From assembly GCA_018267915.1 (NCBI GenBank), contig JAFDXN010000059.1, forward strand, positions 4,655 through 68,654: 64,000 nucleotides of DNA. The letters are read 5' to 3'. Origin of the DNA: Bacteroidota bacterium (GTDB lineage: Bacteria > Bacteroidota > Bacteroidia > Chitinophagales > Chitinophagaceae). The translations under genes were made by a program, and so were the position numbers. Shown piece after piece: positions 59,431 through 64,000 of this stretch (position 1 is the stretch's first letter; each line of letters begins with the position of its first letter). Below the pieces are notes generated by a model, which was not told the DNA's origin, ran no database searches, and saw only the letters and a list, made by a program, of their open reading frames with translations.

Positions 59431-59548
59431 GAGGTAATAATTTATTATTAACTTGCTTTTTTTAACGAACTGTTAAAAAAAATTTGAAGTTTATATATAT
59501 TTACTCCCTGTAACACGCTATATTATCACCGTTATTTCGGTTTAGGCA

Positions 59549-59773
59549 ATGAAGTCAAAAGAGGAACTGGTTACCGGCATCAGCAAGGTGATAAACATGC
59601 ACCCTAAGCGATTGTCGGACGATGATATTGAGACACTCATATTCATCCGCGAAAAGATCCGGAATAGTAATAGTCCGGAAGAGATATTGGATTATGTTAA
59701 GTACCTGCTGAAAGTAACGGGGCTGGATTTTTACACCCTTGACCCTTCCTCTGATCTTCCCGACTTAGATTAA
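59549..59773 (+). CDS. Small hypothetical protein
   Basis: 74 aa ORF in an otherwise empty AT-rich gap. Plausible acidic helical protein. No motif support. Confidence 0.35.
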   Translation: MKSKEELVTGISKVINMHPKRLSDDDIETLIFIREKIRNSNSPEEILDYVKYLLKVTGLDFYTLDPSSDLPDLD

Positions 59774-59777
59774 GCAG

Positions 59778-61742
59778 CTACCAGTGTATTAACTGCAATG
59801 CTTCCGTTTTGTGCCGGTTACCGAACAACCTGAGCGTGTAAAGACCTGCAGGCAGTTGCCGGCCGGGAATTATTACGTGACCACTACCGCTATTGCCGCT
59901 CCACAAGAGTTTGCCGCCTGCGTCTGTAAGAACCAGGTCAGTATTCGCAGGTAGCTGATCTATGCTCCAGTCGTCTTTCGTTGGGTTGGGGTAAGCCTTG
60001 AAGTGCTGCGTTTTTGTTTCTGCAACGCTCAGCAGGTTTTGGTCATGCACATTTGTCAGCACCTTATCCAGTATCCAGTTGTTGGGGTCCATTGTTATCC
60101 CGGTCACAGAATCGGCGTGATCAAAGAAGTAATACGTCACAGGCTGGTTGTTATAGACCCTGAAGGTGGTATCACCGCTGGCCGAATGCAGTTGTATTTC
60201 GAGGGGCGTCGAGAACAGTGGCACTGAAGAGGGTTTGGATGTCGTTTGGGTAACTTTTACTACAACCATATTTCCATCCTGCGCCCAGCGTACGTCGTAT
60301 TTTATATAGCCCTCCCCATATATCCACTGGTTGAAGAACGTATCCAGGTTCTGACCATATGCAGACTCGGCGATGGCTTTCAGGTCGTCAGTTGAGGCAT
60401 TACCGAAAGCATATTGCTGCTGGTATGTTTGCAACACGTTCCAGAACACATTGTCGGAGGGTGCGAGGAAGCGAAGCATGTGTATCACTGCAGCTGCTTT
60501 TTTGTAAACAAGCCGCGAGTCGAATAAGCTCAGCACACTTGTGGTATCGTCTATATACACCCGGCCGCCCGGCGTGCTCATTACATTATTATATTGAGAA
60601 GTGCGGTATGCCAGGCCCGCAGCCGGTCCCCAGAAATGCCCCCTGTAAAGCTGCTCGCAATAGGTAGCAAAACCCTCGCTCAGCCACACTTCGTGCCAGT
60701 TGTTGTAAGTGACGTGATCGCCAAACCATTGGTGACCTAACTCGTGGCAGATCAGTTCGGTATTAGTAACGCCGATAGTGGTCATGGTCTGGTGCTCCAT
60801 GCCGCCCGGCAACGTGGTGTAACAATGGCCATACTTTTCATGATCGAAAGGATAACGGCCAAACAGGCTTGAGAGATAGTTGATCATCAGGCCAACGCTA
60901 TCGAAGTTGGCTTTATATGCCGGCATGAATGTAGCAGAATCGTAGAAGTAATTTTGAACCAGCATCGAGTCGGGGCTGGCGTCAAAATGCATATAGTAAG
61001 AGTAATCGAAATAAGGAGCGACTGCTATCGAGATCAGGTAATAATCGATCGCGTAGCGGGTTTGCCACTTGAACAGCTGGTATCCCGGCGCAGGCGTGGT
61101 AACCGATTTCAGAAGGCCGTTACTCCCGATCTTTTGACCAGTCGGTACCGTAACCCACATATCCACCGAATCGATCTTATCTGTTATTGATTGTTTGGTG
61201 GGCCACCAGCTTCTTGCCACATAAGGGTCACTTACAGTGTACAGCATCTTCACGCCGGTGCCTGTGGTAGCCTGCGTCATAGCGCTAAAGAAGCCGGGCG
61301 CGGCCGGTAATGGGTAACCGTGGTAAAAGATCTGCACGTTGAATGAATTGCCCTGGTTGAGTGTTGACGGCAGGTTGATAGTTCTGACCGGGCCGGCTGT
61401 TTGTACGCTGATGAGCTGGTTGTTGTATTTGGCTGAGTCAATTATCTGCGTCGTATCCAGCTCGAAGGCATATACACTCATCGTGGCAGCCGATACAGTA
61501 GCATAAGTAGTTACATTGCCTTTTACATACATGCTGCTATCGGTTAGGCTTAGGTTGAACTTGAGGTAATGCACATCATAGTAGTCTTCCTCCGGCGTAG
61601 CTACCGCTGCCTTGCCCAGGCGTATTTGCTGCGACTGCTGCGATTTTGCGCAGAGCGAAGGGATATCCTGCGGCTGTGCATGGAGCCCGGTCATAGAAAA
61701 GGTCACGATGGCGAATGCGGCGATGTATTTGTGCAGGCTCAT
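59778..61742 (-). CDS. M1-family zinc metallopeptidase (aminopeptidase N-like) with T9SS C-terminal sorting domain
   Basis: HELGHQWFGD (HEXXH), WLSEGFATY (third Zn ligand Glu), signal peptide ending HAQ, and C-terminus AYPNPTKDDWSI...GLYTLRLF. ATG 61742 is preferred over TTG 61748. Confidence 0.9.
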   Translation of the reverse strand: MSLHKYIAAFAIVTFSMTGLHAQPQDIPSLCAKSQQSQQIRLGKAAVATPEEDYYDVHYLKFNLSLTDSSMYVKGNVTTYATVSAATMSVYAFELDTTQIIDSAKYNNQLISVQTAGPVRTINLPSTLNQGNSFNVQIFYHGYPLPAAPGFFSAMTQATTGTGVKMLYTVSDPYVARSWWPTKQSITDKIDSVDMWVTVPTGQKIGSNGLLKSVTTPAPGYQLFKWQTRYAIDYYLISIAVAPYFDYSYYMHFDASPDSMLVQNYFYDSATFMPAYKANFDSVGLMINYLSSLFGRYPFDHEKYGHCYTTLPGGMEHQTMTTIGVTNTELICHELGHQWFGDHVTYNNWHEVWLSEGFATYCEQLYRGHFWGPAAGLAYRTSQYNNVMSTPGGRVYIDDTTSVLSLFDSRLVYKKAAAVIHMLRFLAPSDNVFWNVLQTYQQQYAFGNASTDDLKAIAESAYGQNLDTFFNQWIYGEGYIKYDVRWAQDGNMVVVKVTQTTSKPSSVPLFSTPLEIQLHSASGDTTFRVYNNQPVTYYFFDHADSVTGITMDPNNWILDKVLTNVHDQNLLSVAETKTQHFKAYPNPTKDDWSIDQLPANTDLVLTDAGGKLLWSGNSGSGHVIIPGRQLPAGLYTLRLFGNRHKTEALQLIHW

Positions 61743-61749
61743 AATCAAG

Positions 61750-63705
61750 TTATTGTTTTACCAGTTTCACAGACGCGGTTTTGCCTGCGGCTGTTAGTTG
61801 CAATATATAAAATCCTGATGGCAAATTGGCTGCGGGTATGGTCATACTAAAGCTGTTCAGGTTATTGCCCTGCCATAGGGTGCGGCCCGTAATATCATAC
61901 AGCTGAAGATGGCTTTCGTCGGGCACTGCAGTCAGTAGCCAGTGGTCGGAAGCGGGGTTTGGCAATACTGACAGTTCCTGTTTGATAAGGTTGCTGGTGT
62001 GCAGCAAAGCCGGATCGTTATTTACCGAAATCACTTGTTTCAGCAGCCAGTCGTTAGGGTCCACCTGCAGTCCTGTCATGGTTTTGTTCCAGCCGACAAG
62101 GTAGTGTTGTATCGACGCATTGTTGTAGACCTTGATGATCGTGTCACCGGTGGCCGAGGTGAGTTTCAACTCGATCGGTGTTGCGAATGTTTGCACCGAG
62201 CTTGGAATGGCGGTCGATTGGTCGATCCGGATAACGACCTGGTTGCCTGCCTGTGCCCAGCGCAGACTGTAAATGGGCCAGCCTTCTTTGTAGACCCACT
62301 GGGTAAAGAATGTATCCAGGTTTTGACCCAGTACAGCCTCGGCCGTGTTTTTCAGCGTTGCAGTAGTGCCGTTGCCGCCGCTATTTTGTTGCTGGTAGTT
62401 TTTGCATACCTGGAAATAGGTGCTGTCGCTGCCCGAGAGGAAGTGCAGCATATGCAGCACGCACGCACCCTTGGCATAGGTGAGGCGGCCATCGAATATC
62501 CTGTTTTCGTCGGTGGTGTCATCGCAGTACACAGTGCCCGTGGGATTGCTATACACATTGTTTTGGAAATCGGTCATGTAGCCGAACGCTGTATCGGCGC
62601 CCCAGAAATGCTTTACGAAGAGATATTCGGAATAGGAGGCAAAGCCCTCATTCATCCAGATATCGGCCCAGGAGCCGCATGTCACGTTGTCGCCAAACCA
62701 TTGATGCGATAACTCGTGCGCCACCAATGTGCCATGAAAATTACCAAGCGTAGTCATCGTTTGGTGCTCCATGCCGCCACTTATTGGCGCCATGCAGTGA
62801 CCGTATTTTTCCGTCCAGAATTTATAGCGTCCGTATATGGTGGAGAAGTAATCTACCATCATCCCTGTTGAGTCGATGGTGGTTTGAAAGTAGGGCAGGG
62901 TTGCGGGGTTGTTATATACGTAGCTTTGGATCAGCATCGAGTCGTTGCTGTTGGTAAAGTGCATGTAATAAGAATAATCGACGTAGGGAGCTACAGCCAG
63001 CGAAACAAGATAGTAGTCAATGGGAAAGCGTTCTTTCCATTCATAGCGCACTTTGCCGGGGGCAACTGGCGTTATATGTTGCAGGCTGCCGTTGCTGCCT
63101 GCCTTGAGCGATGTGTCGACTGTGATCCATACATCGCAGGAGTCCAGTTTGTCGATAAGCGATTGTTTGGTGGGCCACCAGGCCAATGCGTGGTAAGATT
63201 CGCTGATGGTATACGTAACCTGTGTGCCCCAGCTTGGCGAAACGTCGTTCGCTATCCCTGCAAAAAATCCGGGCGGGTACACCGGCGCCCCATGGTAATA
63301 AACCTGAACTGTAAACTGGCTATTTTGTGCCAGCGCGGCGGGTAGTGTAACTGTTCTTACGGAATCGTTGCTGCTCACCGGCAGATTTTGGCCATTGAAT
63401 ATTACAGAGTCGATTGTAAGCAGGCTGGTGAGTTCAAAAACGTAAGCCGGCATAGTTGCACTTACCACCTTTGCCCTGGTGGTGGCACTGCCACTGATGA
63501 AGGTGGACGTGTTGGTCACCGCAAGGTCCAGCTTCAAATACTGCATGTCATAGTTGTCCTCAGCCGGGTCGGCAATGGTATGTTTAGCTGCACTTAATTG
63601 TTGCTTCAGGGCGCTACAAGCGGGCAGCGATCCGGGAGCGGGTTGTGCTGATAAATCGGGGATTGCGGCGATGCAAAAAAGCAGGGCAAATACAATTTGC
63701 TTCAT
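61750..63705 (-). CDS. M1-family zinc metallopeptidase paralog with T9SS C-terminal sorting domain
   Basis: HELSHQWFGD, WMNEGFASY, signal peptide MKQIVFALLFCIAAIPDLSAQ (ATG 63705), and C-terminus LPNPASDHWLL...GFYILQLTAAGKTASVKLVKQ. Confidence 0.9.
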   Translation of the reverse strand: MKQIVFALLFCIAAIPDLSAQPAPGSLPACSALKQQLSAAKHTIADPAEDNYDMQYLKLDLAVTNTSTFISGSATTRAKVVSATMPAYVFELTSLLTIDSVIFNGQNLPVSSNDSVRTVTLPAALAQNSQFTVQVYYHGAPVYPPGFFAGIANDVSPSWGTQVTYTISESYHALAWWPTKQSLIDKLDSCDVWITVDTSLKAGSNGSLQHITPVAPGKVRYEWKERFPIDYYLVSLAVAPYVDYSYYMHFTNSNDSMLIQSYVYNNPATLPYFQTTIDSTGMMVDYFSTIYGRYKFWTEKYGHCMAPISGGMEHQTMTTLGNFHGTLVAHELSHQWFGDNVTCGSWADIWMNEGFASYSEYLFVKHFWGADTAFGYMTDFQNNVYSNPTGTVYCDDTTDENRIFDGRLTYAKGACVLHMLHFLSGSDSTYFQVCKNYQQQNSGGNGTTATLKNTAEAVLGQNLDTFFTQWVYKEGWPIYSLRWAQAGNQVVIRIDQSTAIPSSVQTFATPIELKLTSATGDTIIKVYNNASIQHYLVGWNKTMTGLQVDPNDWLLKQVISVNNDPALLHTSNLIKQELSVLPNPASDHWLLTAVPDESHLQLYDITGRTLWQGNNLNSFSMTIPAANLPSGFYILQLTAAGKTASVKLVKQ

Positions 63706-63974
63706 AAAGAAGGTGTAAATATTAAAGCTACGTAAATAGTCTTTAACGGTCGAAATTTTTTTATCACACATTTTCATTGATAATCAGCGTTTTAAGGTGA
63801 AAAAAACTCACAAAAAACTCCCAGGGACCTCCCATCGACACCTTCAAACAGCCCGTATTACGACCATGGCCGGGATGGGAACCGGCATACCGGGTGAGAG
63901 CAATGGAATAACAAAAAGAGGTGTTCAGAGGGTGCATAGTTTTACTGCAAACCGGCAAGATGCACAGTTTAGCA

Positions 63975-63982
63975 CAAAGGTA
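63975..63982 (-). promoter_or_regulatory. -7 promoter box (TACCTTTG) far upstream of the M1 peptidase pair
   Basis: Minus-strand exact TAnnTTTG match, about 270 nt upstream of ATG 63705. It is the only such box I see between the gene and the window end. Confidence 0.35.
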
Positions 63983-64000
63983 CTGCACATGAACGGACAG

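Noticed and set aside
1-64000. Mobile elements, CRISPR arrays, tRNA or rRNA genes, prophage or defence islands.
   Set aside because: I found no transposase, integrase or recombinase-like ORF. There is no regularly spaced repeat array, no tRNA-like T-arm or acceptor pattern in the intergenic gaps, and no abrupt compositional block. The window looks like stable core chromosome. Running tRNAscan, Infernal and a defence-system HMM set would settle this definitively.

Overview
This 64-kb window reads as ordinary chromosomal core genome of a Bacteroidota bacterium, probably Chitinophagaceae or Sphingobacteriia-like. That placement is an inference from three things: TAnnTTTG -7 promoter boxes 15-35 nt upstream of many start codons, five proteins ending in type-A T9SS C-terminal sorting domains, and a lipoprotein TamL-type Omp85 paired with TamB.

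I can support about 47 protein genes.
- Housekeeping genes: priA, clpX, the folA-thyA pair, fused isobutyryl-CoA mutase icmF, scpB and gcvP.
- Envelope and secretion genes: TamB/TamL, a TonB-dependent receptor, beta-barrel OMPs, an L,D-transpeptidase, glycosyltransferases and an LpxH-like phosphoesterase.
- Secreted hydrolases: a DRGH nuclease, an M28-PDZ peptidase and two tandem M1 peptidases.
- Signalling genes: a CHASE3/PAS hybrid kinase with Hpt, and a LytS/LytTR pair.

I found no rRNA, tRNA, CRISPR array, transposase, integrase or phage gene. I also found no recognisable defence or toxin system.

I see no convincing novel multi-gene system. The observations most worth a second look are:
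1. A CapD/WbpM-type polysaccharide dehydratase gene split by a single in-frame TAG.
2. A membrane protein whose two termini together form one circularly permuted acyl-carrier-protein fold.
3. A LytS-type histidine kinase with no sensor domain, in an operon with a LytTR regulator and a GreA-like protein.
4. An isolated MetH homocysteine-binding module closed off by its own terminator.
5. Thioredoxin-fold proteins that have lost the CXXC motif.
6. A roughly 270-nt leader in front of the tandem M1 peptidase pair.

All functional calls come from motif recognition by eye. No database search was run.
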